DNA from: an uncultured Solirubrobacterales bacterium
GTDB lineage: Bacteria; Actinomycetota; Thermoleophilia; Solirubrobacterales; Thermoleophilaceae
NCBI GenBank assembly: GCA_965653255.1
Contig: CBFGZN010000001.1
Coordinates: 1-36,131 of the forward strand
Direction: 5' to 3'
Length of the DNA stretch: 36,131 nt
Position numbers and translations under genes: made by a program. Of this stretch, positions 1 to 9,089 are shown piece by piece. Each line of letters starts with the position of its first letter. The first letter of the stretch is position 1. The notes under the pieces are model-generated. The model saw only the letters and a program-made list of their open reading frames with translations, had not been told where the DNA came from and searched no databases.

Positions 1-23
1 TGCCGGACGGGACCGCCGACCCG

Positions 24-782
24 GTGCTCTGGCTGCTCGACCAGAACGGCGTGACGCCAGGCAGGCAACGCTTCGCGCCGGAGCGCGCCGCCGAGCGGCT
101 GGCGGGAGCGAGTGCGGAGGACTTCCCGCCGATCTCGTCCGCCGGCTGGGCGTGGCGGGCGGTCGCCCCGACGGTCGCGGCGCTGGCCGTCCTGGGCGGG
201 CTGGCGTTCGGCGCGGTGGCCGGGGTTCAGGCGATCGACACCGGATCGACGACGGTGGCCGATAGCGGCGGTTCCGACGCGACGGCGGCGGTCCCGGCGT
301 CGGAGACCTACGACGAGTACGACAGCTACGACGAGCCGGAGCCGACGCTGCTGCCGGACGTGTCCAGGCAGCAGATGGAGCAGGACATCGAGATGCTCCT
401 GCTGGCCTTCCACCGCAACGTCCTCGCCGAGGACTACCTGGCCGCGTGGGACCTGCTCACCCCCCGCAAGCGCGCCCAGGTGAAGCGCGAGGACGGCTAC
501 GACGCCTGGAGCGAGGCACAGTCGTCGTTGCGCAACGACCTCGACCCGGAGGGTCTGCGGGCGCGAATCGTCGACGCCAGCCCCACCACCGGCGTGGCGC
601 GTGTCGACGTCACCGGCATGACCTGGTCGAAGCCGGGCGCCTCGTGCACCGAGTGGTCGGGGCTGACCTGGGTCAAGTACCAGGACGGCGAGTGGCTCTA
701 TGACCCCGGCTACTCGACCACCCCCGAGCGACGGCGGCAGTGGGAGAACCGCTTCCCGGAGCTGCTCGGCGGAGCATGTTGA
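24..782 (+). CDS. hypothetical membrane-anchored protein (possibly 5'-partial)
   Basis: 252-aa ORF. One hydrophobic helix (VAPTVAALAVLGGLAFGAVAGV), then an acidic low-complexity linker and a ~130-aa C-terminal domain. The frame stays open to the window edge, so the true start may lie upstream. Its stop overlaps the next start (ATGTTGA). Confidence 0.45.
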   Translation: MLWLLDQNGVTPGRQRFAPERAAERLAGASAEDFPPISSAGWAWRAVAPTVAALAVLGGLAFGAVAGVQAIDTGSTTVADSGGSDATAAVPASETYDEYDSYDEPEPTLLPDVSRQQMEQDIEMLLLAFHRNVLAEDYLAAWDLLTPRKRAQVKREDGYDAWSEAQSSLRNDLDPEGLRARIVDASPTTGVARVDVTGMTWSKPGASCTEWSGLTWVKYQDGEWLYDPGYSTTPERRRQWENRFPELLGGAC

Positions 783-1846
783 GCCCTGTCCAGCGCCGCC
801 GGCTGGCGCTGGCCGGCGTCCTGGCGGCGGTGGCCGCGAGCATCTTCGCGATCGCCAACCGATCGTCGGACGGTGCACAGAGCGACGAGCCGGTGCTGCT
901 CGGCCTGGCCGACGGCGAGGACGGACCGGCGAGCGCGCTGCCCGACCCGGAGGACCGGCGGCGGGCGACCCGCGCGCTCCGCGACGCCGTCGCTGCCGGC
1001 CCACGCCACGACGGGCGGCTGGAGATCGCCCTGATGGAGGAGGGCTGGCCGGCGCCGATCGTCCGCACCAGCGATGGCGGCCGCGCCCCGGCGCTGCGCG
1101 CCTGGAGCGTCAGCAAGGTGTTCACCGCGGTGGCGTTGCTGGGCCGGCTGGGCTGGGGCGACGAGCCGGGCGCGACGCTGTCGCCGGAGGTCGCCGAGGC
1201 GATCGAACGGGCGCTGACCCGCTCCGAGAACTGCCCGCAGCGCCACCTGACGCTGGAGCTGCAACGGCTCGCCGGCGGCACCCCCGAGTCGGCGGGCGCG
1301 GCGATCGAGACGGTTCTGCGCAGGGCGGGCGCAACACGGTTCACCGTCGCAACCCAGGCCCAGACGCCGGAGCCGCTGTGCGTCGGGTACCTGGAGCGCA
1401 CGCGCGGCGTTCTCGACCCGCAGGCGACCGCGCTACTGGCCGGAACGTCGACCTGGACGGTCGGCGACGCCGCACGCTTCGCGCTCGCCCTCGGGACCGA
1501 CGTGTACGGCGAGGCGGTCGCGCGCAGGCTGCTCGGCGTCATGCGACAGCCGAAGCTCCGCAGCGAGGAGATCCAGGAGCTCGACTTCACGGCGCCGCTC
1601 GACTGGGGGCTGGGCTCCGTGCTCGGCGCCGGCCGCGTCGCCTACAAGGCCGGCTGGGGCGGGGCGCTGCAGGGAACCTTCGTCGCCGAGCAGATCGGCG
1701 TCGTCTCGACCGAGGACGGCCGACGAGTCGCGCTCGCCGTGGCATTTCACCCAAACACCCAACCGCCGCGCGACGATCCGGGCGTGACGCAGGCGCCGGC
1801 TGCGTTAGCCGAGGCCGCGGCCGCCGTGAAGGCTTACATCGACTAG
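776..1846 (+). CDS. serine hydrolase, beta-lactamase/PBP-like fold
   Basis: In-frame ATG at 776 overlaps the upstream stop. N-terminal signal/TM (LALAGVLAAVAASIFAI). Contains SxxK (WSVSKVF), SxN (SEN) and KxG (YKAGWG) motifs in the expected order. Confidence 0.6.
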   Translation: MLSPVQRRRLALAGVLAAVAASIFAIANRSSDGAQSDEPVLLGLADGEDGPASALPDPEDRRRATRALRDAVAAGPRHDGRLEIALMEEGWPAPIVRTSDGGRAPALRAWSVSKVFTAVALLGRLGWGDEPGATLSPEVAEAIERALTRSENCPQRHLTLELQRLAGGTPESAGAAIETVLRRAGATRFTVATQAQTPEPLCVGYLERTRGVLDPQATALLAGTSTWTVGDAARFALALGTDVYGEAVARRLLGVMRQPKLRSEEIQELDFTAPLDWGLGSVLGAGRVAYKAGWGGALQGTFVAEQIGVVSTEDGRRVALAVAFHPNTQPPRDDPGVTQAPAALAEAAAAVKAYID

Positions 1847-1857
1847 CGCGCGGCCGA

Positions 1858-2070
1858 TCAGTCTGGCGGGCCGAGCGCCGGCTCGCCGCCGGTGCCCTGA
1901 ACCTCGCCACCCATCGCCCAGTCGGACTGCTTGGAGTCCTTGAAACGGATCCAGACGTGGTCCGGCTGGGTCTTGCCGACGTCGACGAGCAGCTCGGTCA
2001 GCTTCTCGGCGATCTCGCGCTTCTGCTCGGCCGAACGGCCCTCGTACCACTCGATCGTGACGATCGGCAT
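1858..2070 (-). CDS. 4-oxalocrotonate tautomerase family protein
   Basis: 70 aa starting MPIVTIEWYEGRS..QKREIAEKLT, with the catalytic Pro1 and typical 4-OT length and pattern. Confidence 0.8.
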   Translation of the reverse strand: MPIVTIEWYEGRSAEQKREIAEKLTELLVDVGKTQPDHVWIRFKDSKQSDWAMGGEVQGTGGEPALGPPD

Positions 2071-2081
2071 GGCTGCCTCGT

Positions 2082-2408
2082 CTAGGCCGCGAGGGCCGGC
2101 TCGAGCTCCTGCACCAGCCGGCTCTTCGGCAGCGCTCCGACGATCTGGTGGGCGACCGCGCCGTTCTTGAACAGCAGCAGCGTCGGGATCGACATCACGT
2201 TGAAGTTGGCCGCCGTCTGCGGGTTCTCGTCGACGTTGAGCTTCACGATCTTCAGGTCGTCACGCTCGCCGGCGAGCTCCTCGAGGTGGGGAGCGACGAC
2301 GCGGCACGGACCGCACCACGGGGCCCAGAAGTCGACGAGGACCGGCTTGTCGGCCTCGACTACCTCGGCCTGGAAGTTGTTGTCGGTCACTGCGTCGAGA
2401 CCAGCCAT
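2082..2408 (-). CDS. trxA: thioredoxin
   Basis: 108 aa with the canonical [10 protein letters not shown] active site and the [10 protein letters not shown] motif. Confidence 0.95.
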   Translation of the reverse strand: MAGLDAVTDNNFQAEVVEADKPVLVDFWAPWCGPCRVVAPHLEELAGERDDLKIVKLNVDENPQTAANFNVMSIPTLLLFKNGAVAHQIVGALPKSRLVQELEPALAA

Positions 2409-2413
2409 CTAGG

Positions 2414-2457
2414 CTCCTTCAGCGCGTCGGGATCAGTTCAATGCTTCAAAAAGTATA
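2414..2457 (-). promoter_or_regulatory. trxA ribosome-binding site and candidate -10
   Basis: On the minus strand, GAAGGAG (2414-2420) lies 5 nt upstream of the ATG. TATACT (2452-2457) sits in the only AT-rich patch of the 57-bp spacer. Confidence 0.4.
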
Positions 2458-2465
2458 GCGACCGT

Positions 2466-3182
2466 CTAGCGCGCCCGAAAGCGCAGTAGCGGGACCTTCC
2501 AGAAAGCCTCCACCGCGATCTTCGCAGACATCTTGGACGTGCCGGCGGTGCGGTCGCGGAAGACGATCGGGACCTCTTCGACGCGGAAGCCGGCCTTGAC
2601 AGCGCGGTAGGCGACCTCGATCTGGAACCCATAGCCGTTGGTGCCGACGCCGGACAGATCGATCGTCTCGAGCACATTGCGGCGGAAGCACTTGAAGCCG
2701 CCGGTCAGGTCGTTGATCGGGATGCCGAGCAGCAGCCGGGCGTAGAGCGATCCGCCGCGGCTGATCAGGCGGCGGAGGAGCCCCCAATCGGTGACGCCGC
2801 CGCCTGGCACGTAGCGCGAGCCGAGCACGAGGTCGGCGCGCCCGGTGGCCGCGACCAGCCGCGGAATGTCGACGGGGTCGTGCGAGAAGTCGGAGTCCAT
2901 CTCCATCAGCAGGTCGGCGCCGCCGGCGAGGGCGTGTCGAAAGCCGGCGAGATACGCCGGGCCGATCCCGTCCTTGCTCGTGCGGTGCAGTACCTCTACC
3001 GCGGGGTTCCCCGACGCCAGCCGGTCGGCGATCTGCCCCGTCCCGTCCGGCGAGCCGTCGTCCACGACGAGCACGCGGTGCTCGAGGCCGGTCGCCGCCA
3101 GCTGCGGCAGCGCCGCGGCGACGATCCGCTCGATGTTCTCCGCCTCGTTGTAGGTCGGCAGGATCAGCCAGACGCCGGACAT
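2466..3182 (-). CDS. polyprenol/dolichol-phosphate mannosyltransferase (GT2)
   Basis: 238 aa. N-terminus LILPTYNEAENI, then VVDDGSPDGT and EMDSDFSHDP, typical of Ppm1/DPM1-type GT2 enzymes. Confidence 0.8.
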   Translation of the reverse strand: MSGVWLILPTYNEAENIERIVAAALPQLAATGLEHRVLVVDDGSPDGTGQIADRLASGNPAVEVLHRTSKDGIGPAYLAGFRHALAGGADLLMEMDSDFSHDPVDIPRLVAATGRADLVLGSRYVPGGGVTDWGLLRRLISRGGSLYARLLLGIPINDLTGGFKCFRRNVLETIDLSGVGTNGYGFQIEVAYRAVKAGFRVEEVPIVFRDRTAGTSKMSAKIAVEAFWKVPLLRFRAR

Positions 3183-3226
3183 TCGGCGGACACCCTATGC
3201 GAGCCCCGCGATAGGTTGCCGGTCGA

Positions 3227-4003
3227 GTGGCGCGGGATCTCTTCTCAGTCGAGGGCAAGACGGCGGTCGTGACCGGAGGGTCGCGCGGGGTGGGGCTGAT
3301 GATCGCCCGCGGGCTGGTCGAGGCCGGCGCGGAGGTGTTGATCTCGGCGCGCAAGCTGGAGCCGCTTGAGGCGGCCGCCGTGGAGCTCGCGCAGATCGGC
3401 AAGTGCGCTGCCCTCCAAGCCGACCTGGCGAGCCAGGAGGGCGCGGTCGCACTGGCGGCGGCCGTGCGCGAGCGGTTCGACCGGCTCGACATCCTCGTCA
3501 ACAACGCCGGCGCGAGCTGGGGCGAGCCGATCGACAGCTACCCCGACAAGGCGTGGGACCGCGTGCTCGACACCAACGTGCGCGGCGTCTTCCAGCTGAC
3601 CGTCGCGGCGCTCGATCTCCTGCGCGCGGCCGCTTCGGAGGAGGACCCTGCACGCGTGATCAACATCGGCTCGGTCGACGGGATCAATCCGCCGATGATG
3701 GAGTCCTACGCCTACAGCGCAAGCAAGGCGGCGGTCCACCAGTTGACCCGTCACCTAGCGAAGCGGCTCGCCTCCGAGCAGATCACCGTCAACGCGATCG
3801 CCCCCGGCCCGTTCGAGAGCAAGATGACCGCCTTCATGCTCGAGAACCCCGACGCGCGCGCGGTCGTCGAGCAGCAGATCCCTCTCGGCCGGATCGGCAC
3901 CCCGCAGGACATCGCCGGCACGACGATCTTCCTCGCCTCGCGCGCGGGCGCCTACCTCACCGGGACGGTGATCCCGGTCGACGGTGGGTTCAGCGGCACC
4001 TAG
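3227..4003 (+). CDS. short-chain dehydrogenase/reductase (SDR)
   Basis: TGGSRGVG glycine-rich motif, NNAG, and YxxxK (YSASKAA) catalytic motif. 258 aa. Confidence 0.85.
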   Translation: MARDLFSVEGKTAVVTGGSRGVGLMIARGLVEAGAEVLISARKLEPLEAAAVELAQIGKCAALQADLASQEGAVALAAAVRERFDRLDILVNNAGASWGEPIDSYPDKAWDRVLDTNVRGVFQLTVAALDLLRAAASEEDPARVINIGSVDGINPPMMESYAYSASKAAVHQLTRHLAKRLASEQITVNAIAPGPFESKMTAFMLENPDARAVVEQQIPLGRIGTPQDIAGTTIFLASRAGAYLTGTVIPVDGGFSGT

Positions 4004-4019
4004 CGGGTAGAACAGGGCG

Positions 4020-5771
4020 ATGAAGAACGCCGACATCGCCGCGGCCTTCGACGAGCTCGGCACGCTGTACGAGCTCGACGGCGCCGTCGTCTACCGCGTA
4101 CTCGCCTACCGCAACGCGGCGAAGGCGATCCGCGACTCGGGCGTGTCGGTCGCCGAGCTGGCGCGCCAGGGGCGGGCCGAGGAGCTGCCGGGGATCGGCA
4201 AGACGATCGCCGAGAAGATCGTCGCGCTGCTCGACGAGGGCGAGATCCCAGCGGCACGCAAGCTGAAGGCGAAGATCCCGGCGGGCCTGGTGACGGTGAC
4301 GCGGATCCCGGGCCTCGGCCCAAAGCGGGCGCGGCAGCTGCACGACGAGCTCGGCGTCGACTCGATCGAGAGCCTGCGTGCCGCGGTCGAGGCCCAGCAG
4401 ATCCGGACGGTGGCGGGCTTCGGGGCCAAGGCCGAGGAGAAGATCCTCGCGGCGCTGGTGGCTGGCGCCAACGGCTCGGCCAAGGAGCGCGTGCTGCTTT
4501 CGGTGGCGCGTGAGGTCGGTGGCGAGCTGGTCGAAGGGTTGCGCGCGAGCGGCACGGTTGAACAGGCGGAGCTGGCCGGCAGTGCGCGACGCTGGGCCGA
4601 CACCTGCAAGGACCTCGACATCGTCGCCGCGGTGGCCGCGGACACCGCGGCCGGCGCGACGCACGCCCCGGCGGATGCCGTAGCCGCCGCCGTCGACGCC
4701 TTTGCCGCGCTGCCGGGCGTGGACGAGGTGACCAGTCGCGGCGACGCCGGCGCCAAGGCGATCACCCACCAGGGGTTGTCAGTCGACCTGCGCATCGTCG
4801 GGCGCGACAGCTTCGGCAGCCTGCTCCAGCACTTCACGGGGTCGGGCCGCCACAACGAGGCGCTGCGGACCGCCGCCGTCAAGCAAGGACTTCACGTCAG
4901 TGAGTACGGCATCCTCGACGATGCAACCGGCGAGACCGAGCGTTTCGCCGACGAGCGCGCCGTCTACAAGCGTCTCGGCATGAGCTACATCGAGCCGGAG
5001 TTGCGCGAGGACCGCGGCGAGCTGGCAGCCGCGCGCAAAGGGAAGCTGCCGAAGCTGATCGAGCTCGGCGACATCCGTGGCGACCTCCACTGCCACACCA
5101 CCGCCTCCGACGGCCAACAGACGGTGCTCGAGATGCCGTGCGCGGCGCAGACCCGCGGCTACGAGTACGTCGCGATCACCGACCACTCGGCCAGCCACGG
5201 CTTTGGCAACCACGTCACGCCCGACGAGCTGAAGCGCCAGATCGAGCGTGTCGCCAAGGCGAACGAGAAGCTCGACGGGTTCACCGTGCTCGCCGGCAGC
5301 GAGGTCAACATCCTCCCCGACGGCTCGCTCGACTACGACGACGACCTGCTCGCCGAGCTCGACTGGGTAATCGCCAGCGCCCACACCTCCTTCGGCATGT
5401 CCGAGGACGAGATGACCAAGCGGATCGTGACCGCGATCGAGAACCCGCGCGTCCGCGCGATCGGCCACCCCACCGGCCGCAAGCTCGGCCAGCGCGAGCC
5501 CTACGCCGTCGACATGGACCGCCTGATCGAGGCGGCCGCGCGCACCGGCACCTTCCTCGAGATCAACGCCAACCCGAACCGCCGCGACCTCTCTGACGTC
5601 CACGCCCGCGCTGCGGCCGACGCCGGCGTCAAGCTGCTGATCGACTCCGACGCCCACCGCGCCGAGAGCTTCGATCTGATCCGCTACGGCGTTGCCACTG
5701 CCCGCCGCGCCTGGCTGACGGCGGACGACGTGGCGAACACCCGCAGCTGGAGCGAGCTCACGGAGCGGTGA
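4020..5771 (+). CDS. polX: family X DNA polymerase with C-terminal PHP phosphoesterase domain
   Basis: N-terminal HhH region (ELPGIGKTIAEKI, IPGLGPKRARQL). Pol-beta-like acidic motifs (KDLDIV, SVDLRIV). PHP domain (GDLHCHTTASDG, ITDHS). 583 aa. Confidence 0.9.
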   Translation: MKNADIAAAFDELGTLYELDGAVVYRVLAYRNAAKAIRDSGVSVAELARQGRAEELPGIGKTIAEKIVALLDEGEIPAARKLKAKIPAGLVTVTRIPGLGPKRARQLHDELGVDSIESLRAAVEAQQIRTVAGFGAKAEEKILAALVAGANGSAKERVLLSVAREVGGELVEGLRASGTVEQAELAGSARRWADTCKDLDIVAAVAADTAAGATHAPADAVAAAVDAFAALPGVDEVTSRGDAGAKAITHQGLSVDLRIVGRDSFGSLLQHFTGSGRHNEALRTAAVKQGLHVSEYGILDDATGETERFADERAVYKRLGMSYIEPELREDRGELAAARKGKLPKLIELGDIRGDLHCHTTASDGQQTVLEMPCAAQTRGYEYVAITDHSASHGFGNHVTPDELKRQIERVAKANEKLDGFTVLAGSEVNILPDGSLDYDDDLLAELDWVIASAHTSFGMSEDEMTKRIVTAIENPRVRAIGHPTGRKLGQREPYAVDMDRLIEAAARTGTFLEINANPNRRDLSDVHARAAADAGVKLLIDSDAHRAESFDLIRYGVATARRAWLTADDVANTRSWSELTER

Positions 5772-6285
5772 CCTCGTGAGCTGGCTCGACCTTGCGTAGG
5801 CCGGGAGTTCGCAACAGCTTGGGCGCACCGAACGGAGGGCTGCGGTCGAAGTAGAAGCGCACGCCGTCGCGGCCCTCGATTGCCTCGATGGCTGAGGCCT
5901 GCTTGCGCCAGGTAAGCGCGACGGCGATTGCGTAGCCAGCGGCGATCGCTGGGATCTGGGGTAGCAGGAATGCGACACCGCCTGAGATCAGGGTGATCGC
6001 TGCGAGCGGCCAGAGGCGGTTGAAGACGATTGCACCGGGCTCCACCTCGGGGAGCTGGTTGGTGTTGCGCGCCTCCCCGAGTAGCCGCCCGATCTGCGCG
6101 GTCGGAACGTTGCGGCGGCCGAGCCAAAGACCGGCAATTGCCGCCAGCACCCACCAACCGACAGCGATGTAGATCGGGAGGCTGCTGTCCTCACCACTGG
6201 CGCCGGCGATCGCGACGATCGCCAGCGCGGTTCCGGCGCCGCCGAAGAGCATGACCGCCACTTTCAGGAAGTCCCGGAACAGCAT
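5758..6285 (-). CDS. hypothetical integral membrane protein
   Basis: 175 aa with about four hydrophobic helices. Its start abuts the otsB stop (6286). Its 3' end overlaps polX convergently by 14 bp. Confidence 0.5.
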   Translation of the reverse strand: MLFRDFLKVAVMLFGGAGTALAIVAIAGASGEDSSLPIYIAVGWWVLAAIAGLWLGRRNVPTAQIGRLLGEARNTNQLPEVEPGAIVFNRLWPLAAITLISGGVAFLLPQIPAIAAGYAIAVALTWRKQASAIEAIEGRDGVRFYFDRSPPFGAPKLLRTPGLRKVEPAHEVTAP

Positions 6286-7098
6286 CTACTCGGCGAGCGT
6301 CGTCAGCACGTCGACCATGCCACGGACTCCGTCGACGATCACGTCCGCCCGTTCGACGATCGCGGGCGGCCCCTCAGAGGAGCGGACGCCGACGCGGATC
6401 GTCGCGTCGAGCGTGCCAGCCGTCTCGAGGGTGTCGAGCGCGTCGTAGGCGTCGAGGTCGGTGACGTCGTCGCCGGCGAAGAGCGCGCCGCGAACCTGGG
6501 TCTCCTCGATCAGCGTGCGCACGGCCTGGCCCTTGTCGATCGGGACCGGCGGGCGGATCTCGAGCACCTTGCGGCCCCAGTGGGTCGCGAACCCCTCTGT
6601 CTCGGCCTCGTGGGCGACGTTGCTGAGCCAGCTCTCCGCCGCCTGCTCGTCGGGCACGTCGCGCCAGTGGAACGCCTTGATCGGCCCCTTGTCCTCGATC
6701 CGGATCCGCAGCAGGCGGAGATCGCGGACGCTCGCGCGCGCGTCGACGAAACGGCGGACGCGCGGCTCCCAACTCGCGAAGGCGGGCGCGAGTGTCGACT
6801 TCTTCTGCCCAGCGTGCAGCAGCTCGGCGCCGTGGGCCCCCGCGTAGGCGATGCTGCCGACGCCGACCAGTCGTCGCGCCTCCGCGGCTGGCCGGCCGGA
6901 CACACAAGCAACGCAGCCGTAGCGGCGGCCGAGGCGGCTCAGCAGCAGCGAGATCTCCTCGCGCACGTGGGCCTCCTCGGGGCGGCGGACGATCGGCGCA
7001 AGCGTGCCGTCGATGTCGCAGAAGACGGCTGCCCGCTGGGGGTCGCGGGTCAGCGGGCGCAGACTCTCGCGCAGCGTCTCTGCCGTGGGCGCGGACAC
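6286..7098 (-). CDS. otsB: trehalose-6-phosphate phosphatase (HAD)
   Basis: HAD motif I FCDIDGTLAP, a later GDDVTD motif, and size and pattern typical of OtsB. Confidence 0.75.
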   Translation of the reverse strand: MSAPTAETLRESLRPLTRDPQRAAVFCDIDGTLAPIVRRPEEAHVREEISLLLSRLGRRYGCVACVSGRPAAEARRLVGVGSIAYAGAHGAELLHAGQKKSTLAPAFASWEPRVRRFVDARASVRDLRLLRIRIEDKGPIKAFHWRDVPDEQAAESWLSNVAHEAETEGFATHWGRKVLEIRPPVPIDKGQAVRTLIEETQVRGALFAGDDVTDLDAYDALDTLETAGTLDATIRVGVRSSEGPPAIVERADVIVDGVRGMVDVLTTLAE

Positions 7099-7104
7099 TC
7101 GACG

Positions 7105-7110
7105 TAGTAT
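7105..7110 (+). promoter_or_regulatory. candidate -10 (TAGTAT) giving a leaderless or near-leaderless transcript
   Basis: TAnnnT hexamer ends 8 nt before the ATG at 7119. No Shine-Dalgarno is present in the 20-bp divergent spacer. Confidence 0.35.
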
Positions 7111-7118
7111 GCCTCGCG

Positions 7119-7475
7119 ATGGCGTCCCGGCTGCCGAAGCTCGTCGTGATTGCCACGGTAGGCGGAGCCTTCAGCGGTCTCTTCGGCGTCGGCGGGGGAA
7201 CGGTGATCGTGCCGCTGCTGATCCTCTGGTTCGGCTATGGCGAGCGCGAGGCGACCGGCACCTCGCTGCTGGCGATCGTCGTGATCGCTGCGCTGGCGGC
7301 CTTCGCACAAGGGACCTACGGCAACGTTCACGTCGGCGCGGGTGTCCTGATCGGCATCCCGGCGATGGCCGGCGTGATCGCAGGAACGGCCTTGCAACAG
7401 CGAATACCGGAGCGCGCGGTGGCCGGAATCTTCGCGGTGCTGTTGGTCGTGTCGGCGGCGGTGCTGGTGTTCTGA
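7119..7475 (+). CDS. TauE/SafE family anion exporter, half-size subunit 1
   Basis: 118 aa and about 4 TM. GVGGGTVIVP motif near the N-terminus. In-frame ATG at 7119 within the longer artefactual ORF. Confidence 0.7.
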   Translation: MASRLPKLVVIATVGGAFSGLFGVGGGTVIVPLLILWFGYGEREATGTSLLAIVVIAALAAFAQGTYGNVHVGAGVLIGIPAMAGVIAGTALQQRIPERAVAGIFAVLLVVSAAVLVF

Positions 7476-7858
7476 TGGACGCGCTCGACGTCTCCGGACT
7501 GCTGGCGATCGGATTCTGCGCCGGGATGCTCGGCGGGCTCGTCGGCGTCGGCGGCGGCGTGCTGTTCGTGCCGGGCCTGGTGGTCTTCCTCGGCCTTACG
7601 CAACTCGAGGCGCAGTCGACTTCGCTGCTGGCGATCGTCTTCGTCGCGCTGGTCGGCGCCTGGCGCCAGGGCCGCTACGGCAACCTGCGCGTCCGCGACG
7701 GGCTGATCGTCGGGTTGCTTTCGCCGCTCGGCGTGCTGGCCGGAACGGTGCTGGCGAACGCTGTCACCGAGCGGGCGCTGGAGCTGTCGTTCGCCGCCGT
7801 CCAACTGTTCTTCGCCTGGAGTCTCGCGCGGCGAGCAATGCGCACCGCGAACGGATAG
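7475..7858 (+). CDS. TauE/SafE family anion exporter, half-size subunit 2
   Basis: 127 aa and about 4 TM. GVGGGVLFVP motif. Its ATG overlaps the upstream TGA (TGATG). Confidence 0.7.
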   Translation: MDALDVSGLLAIGFCAGMLGGLVGVGGGVLFVPGLVVFLGLTQLEAQSTSLLAIVFVALVGAWRQGRYGNLRVRDGLIVGLLSPLGVLAGTVLANAVTERALELSFAAVQLFFAWSLARRAMRTANG

Positions 7859-7867
7859 GTTGGGCGC

Positions 7868-8206
7868 GTGACCCTCCTTCAGATAGAGGCACACGATCGC
7901 GACGGCCTGGCCCATGTCGTCCTGACCGGTGAGCTGGACCTGTCGACGATCGCGAAGGTCGAGCAGGAGCTCGCGCGGGTCGAGGGCGCGCGACCGGAGA
8001 CCGTCGCGCTCGACCTCTCGCGCCTGACCTTCCTCGACTCCAGCGGCTTGCGCGTGATCGTCAGCGCCGACAAGCGCGCCCGCCGCGAGAACCGTCGCTT
8101 CGTTGTCGTCCGCGGCCCGGAGACGGTTCAGCGCGTCTTCGCGATCACTCGCCTGGACGAGCAGCTGGAGCTGGTCGACCAGCTTGCTGACCTGAAGCAG
8201 GCTTAG
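7868..8206 (+). CDS. STAS-domain anti-sigma-factor antagonist
   Basis: 112 aa. LDSSGLRVIV, the conserved phosphorylatable-Ser loop of SpoIIAA/RsbV-like proteins. Confidence 0.8.
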   Translation: MTLLQIEAHDRDGLAHVVLTGELDLSTIAKVEQELARVEGARPETVALDLSRLTFLDSSGLRVIVSADKRARRENRRFVVVRGPETVQRVFAITRLDEQLELVDQLADLKQA

Positions 8207-9059
8207 CCGCGCCCAGCAGACCGCGGTCATCGGGGCGATCGGGCGTCCACCCCGGCCCGCCAAACGCATAGCCGAAGCGATCACGCCAGTTGCTGGCGCC
8301 GCGGATGTCGTGCCAGACCGCGATCCACTCGTGGAAGGCGACCTTCGGTGGACTGAATGTGCGGAGGTTCTTGGTCAGCCCGTACTTCACCGGCTCCCCC
8401 TCGCCCTGGAAGGTGCCGAACATGCGGTCCCAGATGATCAGGATGCCGCCGTAGTTGCGGTCGAGGTACATGTCGTTGGAGCCGTGGTGGACGCGGTGGT
8501 GCGAGGGCGTATTGAAGATGAACTCGAACCAGCGCGGCAGCTTGTCGATCCGCTCTGTGTGGATCCAGAACTGGTACATCAGGCTGATCGCCTGCATCGT
8601 GACGATCATCCAGGGCTTGAACCCGAGCAGTGCGATCGGCAGCCAGAACGGCAGGTAGGTCATCGGCGTCCAGGTCTGGCGCAGCGCAGTCGAGAGGTTG
8701 AAGTACTGCGAGCTGTGGTGGACGACGTGGCTCGCCCAGAAGACGCGCACCTCGTGGCTGATCCGGTGGAACCAGTAGTAGGCGAAGTCGTCGAGGAAGA
8801 AGATCGCGACCCAGGCCCACCACGCGTCGTCGGGGACGCGCAGCGGCGTCAGCTCGTAGAGGCCGACGTAGATCAGCAGCACGACGAGCTTCCAGCCCGT
8901 GTTGATGATCACGTTGCCGATCCCCATGCTGAGGCTGGTGCTCGTGTCCTTGAGGTCGTAGCCCTTCAGGTCCTCACGCTGGGCGACGCGAAACGAGATC
9001 GCCTCGACGACCAGCAGCAACACGAACGCGGGGGCCGCGTAGATGATCAGATCGACCAC
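8145..9059 (-). CDS. fatty acid hydroxylase / sterol desaturase family membrane protein
   Basis: Three histidine boxes (HRISHE, HVVHH, HHRVHH) and multiple TM segments. The start is uncertain: GTG at 9059 is preferred, and ATG at 9125 would overlap the divergent PAC2 gene. Confidence 0.7.
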   Translation of the reverse strand: MVDLIIYAAPAFVLLLVVEAISFRVAQREDLKGYDLKDTSTSLSMGIGNVIINTGWKLVVLLIYVGLYELTPLRVPDDAWWAWVAIFFLDDFAYYWFHRISHEVRVFWASHVVHHSSQYFNLSTALRQTWTPMTYLPFWLPIALLGFKPWMIVTMQAISLMYQFWIHTERIDKLPRWFEFIFNTPSHHRVHHGSNDMYLDRNYGGILIIWDRMFGTFQGEGEPVKYGLTKNLRTFSPPKVAFHEWIAVWHDIRGASNWRDRFGYAFGGPGWTPDRPDDRGLLGAAKPASGQQAGRPAPAARPGE

Positions 9060-9089
9060 TGTCGGTAGAGGGTACCGGCGCGCGATACC

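Noticed and set aside
700-2085. 461-aa plus-strand ORF, and similar long alternate-frame or antisense ORFs (e.g. 11219-13012, 14007-15785, 16112-17668, 26930-28402, 32326-33711, 34574-35956)
   Set aside because: Their products are Arg/Ala/Pro/Gly-rich low-complexity strings with no recognisable motifs. They lie opposite or out of frame to ORFs with clear family signatures. This is the typical stop-codon-poor artefact of ~70% GC DNA.
8145-8206. 62-bp convergent overlap of the STAS gene and the hydroxylase gene as a possible antisense regulatory arrangement
   Set aside because: Both ORFs simply have unconserved-looking tails in a very compact genome. Nothing in the sequence, such as a hairpin or motif, suggests a specific mechanism.
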